Numbered from the whole stretch's first letter, positions 23,384 to 35,045 are shown. The stretch is DNA of 63,990 nucleotides, filler included, from Olpidium bornovanus S191 (GCA_017911155.1; 31 parts of 31 records of this genome joined end to end with filler, not necessarily neighbours in it); one strand, 5' to 3'. Notes: a model not told the origin generated them from the sequence alone. A program made the numbers and translations.

Positions 23384-24457
23384 CATGACGGCGCCTGCGT
23401 GGGGAGAGCCCGCGGGGGCCCAGCCGTGGGATGGTGGCGGCGGTGGTGGCGGCGGTCCATAGCGTGGCATCGGCGGCGGCACGCCAGGGTAGAACTGAGA
23501 ATGGTATCGGGAACGCAGCGAAACGCCGTCAAACGAAGGCACCAGAGGCGACGGAAAAAAAAAAAAAACAAAAAAGACGACCGTGCATCGGGAAAAATAC
23601 TCTAACAGAAGTTCATACAGTCGGGTAAGATGGAGGCGGACCCGGCGGAACAGGAGCCATGTAGTATCCACTCTGGCCGTAGTCGAAATACGGCTGCTGC
23701 GGGTAAGCGGCGCCGGCCCAGCCGGTTGGTGCTTCCGGCTGCTGGGGATTTGAGGCTTTGAACTGCCGGCGGTACGACTGATGGCCGAACGGCCAGATTG
23801 GAGCTGGCGTCGGATGCGGCGTACACATTCAGGGCACAAGCTCTCCTCCCAGCGCACCCAACAACGCCAAACACCGGACCCACCAACGGACTGAGGAGAC
23901 GCAGGCGTCCGGCCCCCTTGGTTGGGGTTTCCGTACTGGCGGAAATCGATCGATCGGGACTCGAACGAACCTCGCTGAGCGTTTGAGTCCGCAAAAAAGT
24001 CGTCTTGGACGCCCTGCTTCGGCAAAAACACGCCGGACACGCGTCAGACACAAACTGCGCCCTCTAACGAGAGCACTAACAAATTCCACACGACTCGAGA
24101 ACGAACCGCAGCCGACCCGTCCGTGCTTGATTCCCCCCGGCTTGAAGATCCCGCCTCGTTGGGAATTTGCGCAGACGGCGGGACGTTGCCGGCGGGGAAC
24201 TTGAAAGCGCCGGTCGGCTTGAATTCTTTGGCCGACGCGGAAAGGTTGCTCCGGAAGCCGGCGAAAGAGCCGGACGGCTGCCTCCCCTTATCGGATTCGC
24301 CGGGCTTTTTCGCCGCAGAATCCGCCGGCTTCGCGCTTACGGTGGAGGCGGCCTTTGCCTGTGCTTCCGCCTCCGCGCGCTGCTTGAGCGCCGCCGGGAT
24401 GTCCGCCTTCGATCCGTAAATGATCGGGGCGAGGTCCGGCGGGAAGGGCATGTTCAG
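23384..24457 (-). CDS. Ataxin-2/Pbp1-like protein, PAM2 and Pro-rich region (partial, spliced)
   Basis: LNMPFPPDLAPII resembles the Pbp1 post-LsmAD motif. NLSASAKEFKP is a PAM2 motif. Downstream exons are P/Y/Q-rich. Confidence 0.6.
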
Positions 24458-24779
24458 CTGCCAGATGGGTGATTCAAGAGCGAAGTGAGCACTCCAATGC
24501 TGAGAAGGCAAGAGACTTATGGCTTGCTTGCACATGTATACAGACTTTGAAGGTACTTGCGAATTCCTTTAACTCAGAGNNNNNNNNNNNNNNNNNNNNN
24601 NNNNNNNNNNNNNNNNNNNNNNNTTAATTAATTAANNNNNNNNNNNNNNNNNNNNNNNNNNNNNNNNNNNNNNNNNNNNCATGATTAAAAAAATTAATAC
24701 AGTGACGTCAGGAGCCGCGGAAAACCCCCTAAAAGCTTGCAGAGGCGCGAGGCAACCGCCGATTTTTGCGCCCCAATGC

Positions 24780-25960
24780 GCGATGCGCTCACCCATCACG
24801 GTCACGTCCGGCACCTTCGAAGACCAGTGTTTGTTGAAGTTGACGAACACGTAACCTTTTTCCCCCCAAAAAACCGCAGCGCCCGCGCGTGAGCGGCCCG
24901 TCCGCGAGCAGTGGGTGGCCGCAACGTCTACGCGATAAAGTTCGGGGTGGCGGCCGGGGGCAAGGAAGGGAGGGGGGAGGGGGACGGGGCGGCGCCCGGG
25001 CTCACAGTATAGCTCGTGGTGGAAGTTCTTGGTGGGCCCGTAGCGGTACAGGTGGTACTGCAGTTTCCGCGCACGCAACATGTTGATGGTCCACGCCGTG
25101 ATGTTGATCCCCACGATGGCGAACGAGTACCATGACACCTCGTGTCGGGACGACCGTAGCACTTCCCCGCATTCAACGGGGTAATTTGAGGCGAAGTAGT
25201 GTAGGTCGTCCAAACCCAACATTCCTGAGCGGCCCGACGACGCCGGAGATGTGTCAGGGAAGGGGGTGTCGGAGCCCCGTCGGCGCGCGCCAGGCTCTCG
25301 CGGCGCCGGGATAAATTGGCGCGTCGAGCTCACCCATGCCTCGGAAGTCGGTGGCCGGGTCCTTGCCTTGGAACCCGATCTTCTGCCAGCTGTTCGTGAA
25401 CCGTTCCGGCAGCGGGTCCCTAGGCATCAGGAGATTCCACAGCTGTGCAGCAGCACCGTTCGAGGGCAAAGCGGACCGTCCGCGAACTGTTACTGACGGG
25501 CGCGCGAAGGCTAAAACGGCAGGCGCCCCGCCGGAAACTAAAAACCAGAGCGGACCTGAAGAAGCTTCTTTTCGTGCGCGGCGTTCGAGTTGGAATACGT
25601 CGTCTTTGCTCTTGCGTTGAGTTCATTCAGAAGTTTGTAGGACTCGCTGATGCGGTTCAAACATCTTCGCAGCTCTATTGCGGCGGGGCTGAGCAGGGCG
25701 AAGTTGTCAGGATGGTGCGCCGAGCCAAACGCGACCGTGCTCCGTAATACGATCCTCCCGGCCCCACCGCAACGCGTTGCTGCTCCCGACGGCGCCAGAT
25801 CAAACGGAATGTTTGAACGGAGAACCACGTCTGACCTTGTGGGATCCCCTCCCAGGGGAAAGCTCTTTTTTCGGAGGACGCTCAAAAACACGGCGTCCAC
25901 CGACCCCGGGTCGTCCTCGAGCTTCCGTCTTTCCTCCTAGGACAAGGGGCTGCGCCGTTA
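24780..25960 (-). CDS. ELMO-domain protein (ELMOD1/2-like), partial, spliced
   Basis: YSNSNAAHEKKLLQ/LWNLLMP...SWQKIGFQGKDPATDFRGMG/MLGLDDLHYFA...WYSFAIVGINIT are canonical ELMOD motifs. Confidence 0.92.
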
Positions 25961-26016
25961 CAAAAAAAAAATGGACCACGGCGAGAGGGCGGCGGGGGTG
26001 AGGGGGGGGGCGGGGT

Positions 26017-26055
<39 letters not shown>

Positions 26056-26087
26056 GCGGGGGGGGGGGGGGGGGGGGCGGGGCGAGG

Positions 26088-26133
<46 letters not shown>

Positions 26134-27008
26134 GAGGGGAGTGGTGGTGGTGGTGGTGCACGCGGAGTGGGGCCTGGCGGGATATGGATAGCGCTTTCGC
26201 GTGTGCACGAACCCTCAAGACACGCGAATACAATATGCTCCGGTCTGAGAAACGCGAGAGACGGGGCAGGTCATTCGCCCTGGCAGCGGGGCCGAGCATC
26301 GGGGCGGGCGGNNNNNNNNNNNNNNNNNNNNNNNNNNNNNNNNNNNNNNNNNNNNTTAATTAATTAANNNNNNNNNNNNNNNNNNNNNNNNNNNNNNNNN
26401 NNNNNNNNNNNCATGGATGCGTTCTGGGAGCAGCTTCCGATCATTAATGCTGCGTGTGCAGAGGAGTCCGTTTCGCAGGCGACGGGCGAGTCGGTATGTA
26501 GTGGGTAGCCTTGCCGTGGCCTGTCGGCCGATTGTCATATTGAAAACGCGGGTCTTTTGTTACGAAGATCAAAAGGGCGAAGTTGGCATCGGGGGCGCTT
26601 AAGCAGCTAGTCGGCGTGGTGGAGAAACCGGTCGTAGAGGGTGACCACGAGGAGGCGGCCAACGAAGAGAATGTCGGAGAGGAAGAGGCCAGCATCGCTG
26701 ACGACGAGAGTCAATGTTTGTCACCGTTTAAAGGGTCCTACGTATTGCGCGGATCTGGCTGACCTGATGTTCCTCCAGCTTCTACACGATTTTCAGCCGT
26801 CAGCAGCACGGTTCCTTGCAGCGAATCGTGGGAAACGGCCTTAAACCGTGCGTCTGCAGAGGAGCAGCCGCACAGGCGGCTCTCAATAACAGCGGCGCTG
26901 CGCACAACGAAGAGAGCGCAAGTTGCGGAGAACACTTTACAACTTGTCTGCGAAGTAATACAGTTTTTCGAGGGGAACGACTACTCTACTTATCAGGACC
27001 TTGGAGAC

Positions 27009-27881
27009 TTGATCGACTACCTTTCTCTCGAGGTGAACCGCTGGCCGCTGACGTACCACTCGGCTGTCGACAACGTTCTTCGCCACTTGCTCCGCATGGG
27101 CCGCCCCATGCGGAACAGCCCAGTACACGTCCAGCAGCACGGCGATGAAAGGACTACTTGGGACAGTGATTTCATTGCAGTAACGAGGGTGGCGGTTCAC
27201 GTCGCTTTTGCGCAGAAGTTATATTCGCTGCACGACTGGGACAAACACTCTCGAATAAACCAACCTGTAGCTTTCGCCGCCACCACGCTCAAGCAGCTCG
27301 TAACATACACAGCCTTGTCATCGCGCTTGCGTGCCGTATCAACGTCCCAGTACGCGGACGCGAAGGCAAACGCCGTCAAGGCGAACGGGATCTGGCCGGC
27401 TGGCGCATTGGACGGCGTTGGAACATTGAAGTGGCTTTTCCTGAAGGCCGAGATTGACGATCTGGTGGCACTCGCAAAGACTGAATTGCAGCGCGTTTTA
27501 CGGAAGTTTAGATTGTCGTTCCAGGCTGGCTCGAGCCTTTCCCTCCTGTGCTTCAAGCTCACGCGCTTATCGCAACGCACTCTCGAAGAAAAAGGGCAGC
27601 TCCGATTCTACGGTGGAACCAAATTCACAAACCTGACCGAATCCGTGTGTTTCGCGGAGGAAGCGGCGAAGGCCGCTGGCCCTAGTGACGAGATCGACCT
27701 CTCATGGACTCTCGTCCACCTTGACTCGTTCGCTGAACTCTTCGCGACTTTGCGTGAGCACCTTGCTGTTTCATTCCGTGGAATCCTGAACATGATTGGT
27801 GTTAATTGCCATGGCTTTGCTCCAATGAAGGGACGGACAAGAGTCTCCTTCTGCCCGTCTGGGAACTTTGGGAGGGAGTAA
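27009..27881 (+). CDS. Intronless orphan ORF of 290 aa, with a decayed open-frame extension upstream
   Basis: Long ORF in about 55% GC DNA with no intron-like homopolymers. An acidic upstream frame (EGDHEEAANEENVGEEEAS) is broken by stops. No family recognised. Confidence 0.45.
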   Translation: MIDYLSLEVNRWPLTYHSAVDNVLRHLLRMGRPMRNSPVHVQQHGDERTTWDSDFIAVTRVAVHVAFAQKLYSLHDWDKHSRINQPVAFAATTLKQLVTYTALSSRLRAVSTSQYADAKANAVKANGIWPAGALDGVGTLKWLFLKAEIDDLVALAKTELQRVLRKFRLSFQAGSSLSLLCFKLTRLSQRTLEEKGQLRFYGGTKFTNLTESVCFAEEAAKAAGPSDEIDLSWTLVHLDSFAELFATLREHLAVSFRGILNMIGVNCHGFAPMKGRTRVSFCPSGNFGRE

Positions 27882-28459
27882 TCAACGCTTTCGCCGACGG
27901 CATTGACTTCGTCGCAGCTGGAAATGCAGCTAAAAGACGCCGAAAAACGTCGACGTCGTGGCGTCTTGTCCTCCGAGGCGAGTTCGACGGGCGTAGAAGT
28001 GCGTTTGTTTTGTAATCAACGTCCGGGAGTGATGGGGCTGGGACTAACGCAGCGTGGCAAACACAAGAATCTGGGACGAGCCAGGATGTCCCCCCCGGGC
28101 AAAATCCGACCAAGGCCGTCGCCGACCGACCGGGCAGCCGGAAGCACTTTCAAGGATGTCAAAAACGTGCAGCTCACACGCAGACTTAGCTACTAGCCGG
28201 GGGGGAAATTGTTCCGACGGCGGACAATGACCATGCCTTCCCGCCGTGGATAGTTTCTTCCCGCTGCAACAAAGGACCTGCCATCCTCAGCCCGGCCTGA
28301 CCTTTGGCCGCACACCATCTGCTGCAGAGGAGAAATACTATCGCGGCTGGCTGAGGAATACAGAGAGGGTACCGAGGGTACCGTAACTCGAGACTCTAAT
28401 AAACACCTTAAGTTGGTTCAACTTACGCCCTGCTCTACAATGTATTGAGCGACGTTGCC

Positions 28460-28900
28460 CTAATCGCCAAATCCATTTTTGGTCCTTGTAAATCTGGTGT
28501 ATGGCGGCAAATTGTCGAAAACCAGTCTTCTTGGGGCGGGGCATTCGACCGGGTATATCCGAAATCCAGGTCTGACAACGGATTCGAATTTTTCCATATC
28601 ACTGTCATCCGCGGTGATTGCGGTGTGTGTGCTATTCACACCTTGAATGAGCTTGCCTGAGAGACCGCACATGGCAACTTTGCACATGGTGCGGAGAGCG
28701 ACGTTTTGCTCCGTCTCCGGCAGAGAGTCGATTTCCTTTTTCTTTTCGAACAGCGGCATGATAATATCTTTGAAAGGACCAGTGACGGAATCTTCCCAGT
28801 ACCGCCCGTACCGCACAATGTACCGCCCTCCGTATTTCTGGAGAAGTTCGATCTCAACATGTGTGACTGTGCACTGAAACTCGCCCCGAATTCCCAGTCG
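28460..28900 (-). pseudogene. Protein-primed family B DNA polymerase fragment (palm/fingers, motif B); Polinton/virus/linear-plasmid type
   Basis: GEFQCTVTHVEIELLQKYGGRYIVRYGRYWEDSVTGPFKDIIMPLFEKKKEIDSLPETEQNVALRTMCKVAMCGLSGKLIQ follows the pPolB pattern (E+ELA...GY....GY.W.....FK.Y+..LY..K...D....N..LR..AKL..NSLYGK..Q). It stops at 28460 before motif C and has no start codon. Confidence 0.72.
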
Positions 28901-28909
28901 AGGACTTGA

Positions 28910-29442
28910 AGCGGCAAAGCTGCGGGGCCGGCGATGACGGCGGTTCTCCGGATCGCAGAAGCGAGGGAGGCGGAGAGCGGCGGCGCTCGGGAAAGGGGAG
29001 TGGAGGGGGGCAAAGCGTCGACGGTGCCGGGGAGGGCGAAGCGTCGACGGTGCCGAAGCGGCGACGCGGCCGAAGGTGCCGGAGGCAAAGCTTCGAAGAT
29101 GCCGATGGCAGAGGTCCCGTCCGAAGGCTGTCGTCAGAGTCCCGTTGGGCGCTGCCCCGACGGCGGAGGGCGCAGCTGCTCTCAGGACAGTGGAGACGGC
29201 GGAGCTGCGGGGATGGCAGCTGCGGGGAGCGAGGACGGCAGAGCCGCGGGGATGGCAGCTGCGGGGAGCGAGAACGGCAGAGCCGCGGGGATGGCAGCTG
29301 CGGGGGTCGGCCGTCAGAGTCCGTTTGGGCTCATAACCTGTTGAGAGTTTTGGAGTGCGTACAGGACGCGTTATATTCGGAGAATAAAACTACACAAAAG
29401 GGGTACAAAACATTAAGGGATACCGATCAATGCGATCCAACA
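28910..29442 (-). mobile_element. Copia family A 5' LTR (29442-29339, 104 bp), PBS (29338-29327) and GC-rich leader with 3 x 39-bp repeat
   Basis: TGTTGGATCGCATTGATCGG...CTCTCAACA followed by GGTTATGAGCCC, which is complementary to the anticodon arm of fungal tRNAiMet (GGGCUCAUAACC). The 39-bp repeats lie at about 29207-29305. Confidence 0.88.
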
Positions 29443-30064
29443 AATATTGTATTTCACTACGTATACATTCTTTCCACTCCTAAGCCGCTTGTACTTTCGC
29501 AATTGTGTTTTTTCTTCAATAGGGATGAAATCAAAACACAACTGCCTCTCCAACCTTTCATCATCAGCTCGTTCAATTAATGTGTATTGTGCTTTCGTCG
29601 TTGTGTCTAATACTTGAGAATATAAAATAAAAATAGTTAATCCTTTAAAACGCGTTTAAAAAATTAATTTTATACACCTAAAAGTAAATCAAAGTGTGTA
29701 AAACATCAGCGGGATATATCATCACAAAAAGGGGAATGAGGGAAAGCCTGATGTGGTTAAAGAGTTTTTTACAATTAGCTACACATCGCAGAGCTCCGCT
29801 CCCTCAGAGATAACGCCAGGGTTACCCCTGACCTTACACCTGCTCATGTTTGCTGCACTCCAAGAGTCGAGAAATGTAGTGACTTTGATGAAGGAATCTG
29901 TCTCCATTGGGTGAATCTGTCACACGAATTCCGAGAATTGAGCGCAAAGGACCACTCCCACTTANNNNNNNNNNNNNNNNNNNNNNNNNNNNNNNNNNNN
30001 NNNNNNNNTTAATTAATTAANNNNNNNNNNNNNNNNNNNNNNNNNNNNNNNNNNNNNNNNNNNN

Positions 30065-31390
30065 CATGTACTCGCTGGCGTCACACGAATCGACAAGTTT
30101 CTGTCCTTCGACGCGGTAAAAGTCTTCGGACACCTTCAGGAACTCTTCCTCGAAGTCGGTGCGATATACAGTCTTGCCGGCCCCATCAAGCAATTGGAGC
30201 AAGATGTGGGTAACCGACTTCAGCACGCCGCGGTCAATCACTTCACCGTCCCGTTCTAGCTGGATCTGCTTCAGCAAGGTGTAAATCAGGTGCCTCTTCA
30301 ACTTCGGTAGCCGGACTATTCGATCCCTGAATAGGTCAAGGCCAAGCTCGTACACCTGGGGGACGTTGCAGGGCTTGGCGTAATATAGGTCCTAGGGTTG
30401 CGCGGCCAACGCTAAGAACTTCATATGGTGCAGGGAAAAAACGCAGAGATGGCTTACGTCGCCAGAGGAAAGGGCGGCAGAAACGAGGTCTGCCGCCGCC
30501 CCTTGCGAACAGCAAGCAAAAACGGATTCATCTGATATATTTCAAGGCACAGCGTGCCGGACCGCCCTGATGGAAATAGAACTTACCATGTACATGAGGA
30601 TATCCCTGATCATGAACAGGCAAGTTGTATGCTGCGACCATGCCTGGTTAAGGACCTTGAGGAATTCCGTTCCCCGCGCGGCACTTCCTGCGTCGCCCCC
30701 CGGTCCCACGGCTGTCGAACCGGAAGGGCTGGCGGCGTCAGACGCGTCCGTGCCCGCCGAGCTGACCGCGATCGCGGCGACGACTGTCTTCTCGGCCACC
30801 TCGTCCAGGTACTGCGTTAGCACGTCGCGTATGCCGGCGTGCAGCTTCTCGCCTTGCTTGTGCAGGACCATGTTGTACGCGGTGCGGTAAAGCTCCTCAA
30901 ACGACAGCTGGGCCGCGTTCATGCGGTGTATCTCGCGAATCGCTTGCGAGAGTCGCTCCCAGCTCTCTCCAAAGTTGTCCTGCGTTGTCTTTTTTAATTT
31001 ATTTTTTTTTTTTTTGTAAAAACGGGAGAGAAGGACGCCCATGGGCTCCGTTGCGAGGCAGAACGGCAAAATCGACACGAAGCAGTCAGCCACGGAGCGC
31101 ATAGAAAGCGATGCGCAGACTTACGCACAGCCGTCGTCGCGCGCGATGCGAGGGTGCGAGACCCCGGCGCCTTCCGGAACAACGCTTGGAGAACTTTCCG
31201 CACGGGGGTAAAGTTTCAAGAAGCGGTCGTCCCTTCCATGCCATGCCGCTGGCGGTTCGGGCGATGTCCCTTTTCCGCACGAGCAGCAGTCGACGCGCGA
31301 GAACGGCGCACCGGAAAAGCACCGACAACGACGCACCGTTCTCCGAGGGGGTCGTATCTTTCCTTTTGGCCTCCTCTGTTGGAGGGACAT
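30065..31390 (-). CDS. CUL3: Cullin-3, N-terminal part (partial, spliced)
   Basis: MSLQQRRPKGKIRPPRR; WERLSQAIREIHRMNAAQLSFEELYRTAYNMVLHKQGEKL; MIRDILMYM; VYELGLDLFRD; QIQLERDGEVIDRG. Confidence 0.95.
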
Positions 31391-31500
31391 GTTTGACTGC
31401 CTTCGGGAAGCAGCGGCGGGCTCTCCGGGCGTATCTCCGGGCGGCTCTCCTGAGTCTTGCTCTGGCCTCTCCGGCTCTCTGGCTCTGCGTGTCCGCCTCT

Positions 31501-31502
31501 CG

Positions 31503-31555
<53 letters not shown>

Positions 31556-31674
31556 TCCCTTCAGACGGCGGGGTGGCGGAAGTGGCGGAAGTGGCGGAAG
31601 TGGCGGGGGGTCTCTTTCAGGGGCGCGTCGCCGCGGGGAGTGGCGCCGGGGGGACGGGGAGAAGTTTGGGCGGC

Positions 31675-31722
<48 letters not shown>
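31501..31722. repeat. (CT)n and (GA)n microsatellites upstream of CUL3, in inverted orientation
   Basis: CT run at about 31501-31558 and GA run at about 31678-31722 are mutually complementary. Confidence 0.9.
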
Positions 31723-31726
<4 letters not shown>

Positions 31727-32989
31727 GGAAAGAGCGCTTTCGGGCGGAACTGTCTTTGCGAGTGCGCAGGAATTTATTTTTTTTTTTTTTTTTGTCGTCG
31801 TCCGCAAACGCACGCACGCCCTTCCCCGCCCTCAACGACACCAGCAAACGCCCCGCACAGTATTCCACAGTTATAAACTACACATCGCGGCAACATCCAA
31901 AATAAAAAACTCCTTTTCCCTCCCGCAGCAATTCCACCTCTGAACAAAAATTCAACAAAAATAACAGCAACTGCTCCTGTTTTTTTTTGGCCCTATGGCC
32001 TTTATTCCCTGTTTTGAACCATCTGTGTTTTGAGTGCATTGTTTGTAGATGTCATACCCATCATACTTGCAGGCCCATGTAGCATGCATGCATACTATGG
32101 TCGTTGTCATGGTTGTCATCATGGGGTTGTTATCGTTGCTTTTGATGCCGGTCTCGGCGCTGCTGTCATCCCAACCACCGCCTGCGGGGATGGAATTGAT
32201 TATTTTCACCATGAAGGCCCCTTGCAATTTTAGCGTCGTGTTCCTGAAGTGTTGTACCACTGACGCGTCATTCTCACGTCTCTGGGGTCACCGTCGGCAT
32301 CATCGTGCTCACGCCTGGTTGCATCATCAAGCAATACTTGTGGAAGTACGTTATTTTTCTGCTTTTTCACCGGGATGAAGGAGGGAAGGACAATGTCAGC
32401 TTGCATTCAGAACAGTCAGCATGCCAATCACATGCCAGCCCTGCCCAAAGACATACTGCTTCCTTTGGACGGTGAGCCCGCGAGGGAACCCCATTGAGAT
32501 TCACTGCACCTTCATGCCTCTCAGTGCATATGTCAGTGCCGGTCATTGTCAGTGTCGGCGAGTTCGAAGGTAGGTCGGTCGACAACCCTGTCACCGGAGA
32601 ACCAGTGCCGTGAGGGGAAAGGGGTGGTGGGGGNNNNNNNNNNNNNNNNNNNNNNNNNNNNNNNNNNNNNNNNNNNNTTAATTAATTAANNNNNNNNNNN
32701 NNNNNNNNNNNNNNNNNNNNNNNNNNNNNNNNNCATGTCGTTCTCGGTTTTCCTAAACGGGCTCGTAACGTACGAAAAAAAAAAAAAATGAGAACCAGCC
32801 GGGTCCGGCGAGTTGCGACCGCGGACAGCGACACCCCCTGTATCTCACAATCTCGTATTCTCGCGCCAGGACTTGCTTCCGGTACTTGCGACCTCGCGCG
32901 ATTGCCGCGCCAAACTGGAGAGAGGGGGCAGTAAATAGCAGAAAATGAAAATGTTGCGCGCATTCCGCATCAACAGCTCACCGGTAGCT

Positions 32990-34315
32990 CGGCAACTTCT
33001 TCTACCCGGAAGCTGACCCCGTCGTGGTCACCCCACGTCCGGCTTTTTATGCGGTTCCGCAAAGACCCCGAGTACCGCTTCAGCTTTGGCAAAACACGTA
33101 TCCGGACCCGCAAATCGTGGTCTGCCATCGGCCCCAAAACGTCGGAAGAGGCTGCTAAAGCCGGCCGCGGATTGAACGGGGGAAAATACTTTCCCGAGTG
33201 GATGGCCACTGCGTGGATCCGTTCGTTTCGAAAAAAAGCCAGCCAGAAGGAAGACGTCGGAACACATCGTCAAATAGAATTGCGGCCATCGCGATCTGCG
33301 CACCGGCATCGAATGGACAAAGAATAAGCTCCGGCCGGAATACGCACTTGCCACCACGTCCGAATCATCGGTGTACACATCTGTGCCGTGAATGGATTGC
33401 TTCCGAACCATCGGGTTCTGGTAGCTCAGATAGACGGCCGGGACAAAGACGTCAAAAACTCCGTTCAGCCGGTCCTCGAAATTGGGTAGAAGCTGGTCGG
33501 GCCTATAGAGGAAGTACCCTAAATTTCGTGAACGGACTGCTTAGCGCCCGACCGGACGAATGAAACCGAAAAACTCCACTGCTGTTTCGTGTGAGCTCCG
33601 CGTAAGCGGATCACATACCGAGGCAGCACTCCGGGCAGCCTTCCATGTCCAACGCCTTATCGTTGTGCACAATGATCTTCGGTTCCGGTGCCCGGGATTG
33701 ACCCCACCCATCTGCGGCAGCTGACGCCTGGTCCGCCGTCACAAGTTCCGAGGAAGTGAATGGAAGCGGCCGCTTTGACCGCGGTGCCGGCGGTTTCGGC
33801 TCCCTTTTTAGGCCTCCGCCGGCCGCCTCCGCCCCGTTAGGCTTCGGGGCTGCAGTTGGACTTTCCGCGCGGCTCGGAGGACAGCTGGCCTGCTGTCTCT
33901 TCGAGGACGCGGAGGTGACCGTGGAAGACGACGCCGAAGAAGTGGGCGCGGGGGACGCCGACTTGCAGAACGAGGGCGCGGGAGCCGTTCTGGAGTCCGG
34001 GCAGCCGTCGGGGGCGGAAGACTGGTGAAAAACGACAGCCGGCGCATGGGGCGCGCCGGCGGCCGTCGCCGCCGCTGCGAGCGCTGCGCTGGAGGCGGCA
34101 GCCGAGGTCGCCGGCTGCAGTTTCGGAGACGAGCGCGACCGTTCGCCGTCCGGGACCAGGACCGCCACCGGCAGCGACCGCACGGCAGGGGATACAGGCG
34201 CGTCCGGGCCCGTTTCGGGCGGCGGCGGCGGGGGATGGGCCCCGTTGCGGTTCGGCTGCGGCGCAAACGGCGCCTGCTCCGCGCCCATCGCGACGGCGAC
34301 GGCGTCGCCCACGGG

Positions 34316-34363
<48 letters not shown>

Positions 34364-34432
34364 GGACCCCCCGGCGCCGGCGCGGGGAGGGGCACCGGCG
34401 GGCGCAACGGCCGTCGCTCCGTCGGGCTCCAT
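32990..34432 (-). CDS. RXT3: Rxt3-domain protein (Rpd3L/Sin3 HDAC subunit), spliced, 3' end uncertain
   Basis: YFLYRPDQLLPNFEDRLNGVFDVFVPAVYLSYQNPMVRKQSIHGTDVYTDDSDVVA/AIHSGKY/DLRVRIRVLPKLKRYSGSLRNRIKSRTWGDHDGVSF. The N-terminus is Pro/Ala-rich. Confidence 0.88.
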
Positions 34433-34709
34433 GTGCGGGTGCGTATGTTGTTTTTATGCGCTTCAGAGGGGGAGAATCTAACGAACGGTGGAGCGGGGGC
34501 GGGTCTGCGTTTGTCCGCCGTTCCCGGGGGGAGAACGCAGACCGGTGCGCGCGCGCGAGCGAGCGAGCGAGTGAGTGAGAGAGATAAAAAGAGAGAGAAA
34601 AGAGAGAGAGAAAGTGCGTGTGTGCGCCTGCCGGGAAGGGGGGGGGGGGAAATAATAGACTGCACCTTAATAATGGACAAGATTTGTTTATTTAAAGTAT
34701 AAATCATAT

Positions 34710-34780
34710 GCATAATTAGCTATAATTAAAGCAATATCCTTACAAGATGTAAGTTAAGGTTCAAGTCCTTTATATTATGA
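34710..34780 (+). tRNA. Mitochondrial-type tRNA-Val(TAC)-like fold, imperfect (possible NUMT pseudogene)
   Basis: Acceptor GCATAAT/ATTATGA (1:72 mismatch), D stem GCT/AGC, anticodon stem ATATC-CTTACAA-GATGT, T arm TAAGG-TTCAAGT-CCTTT with two extra bases before the acceptor 3' strand. Lies in an AT-rich island. Confidence 0.45.
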
Positions 34781-35045
34781 TTCGTACGATCTATTTGCAT
34801 CATGAAAGTAACCGTTCAATTCTTACTTGGTTAGTGGTGTAGTATAATATTAATCCACTATTTATAAGTTAAAGATTATGGTTCATACATTGTATTGGTT
34901 TGAATCTTATATAATAGTAAANNNNNNNNNNNNNNNNNNNNNNNNNNNNNNNNNNNNNNNNNNNNTTAATTAATTAANNNNNNNNNNNNNNNNNNNNNNN
35001 NNNNNNNNNNNNNNNNNNNNNCCGCTGGATACAAGCAGATCCGCA

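Noticed and set aside
25882-26299. Poly-proline (formin/WASP-like) ORFs
   Set aside because: They are translations of poly-G/C homopolymer tracts, also at 7860-7915, 50755-50849 and 58242-58280.
27700-27830. NMIGVNCHGF in the 290-aa ORF as the ExoII motif of the same polymerase
   Set aside because: The catalytic Asp is missing (GFA, not GFD) and the ORF is on the opposite strand to the polymerase fragment.
26412-32633. Functional linkage of the pPolB fragment with CUL3 or other neighbours as a gene cluster
   Set aside because: They are on different contigs separated by artificial linkers, so order in this window has no biological meaning.
34857-34919. tRNA-Met(CAT) gene call
   Set aside because: Acceptor pairing and a T-loop-like motif are present, but the D and anticodon stems pair poorly and it is only 63 nt. 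Kept only as a trace within the NUMT finding.
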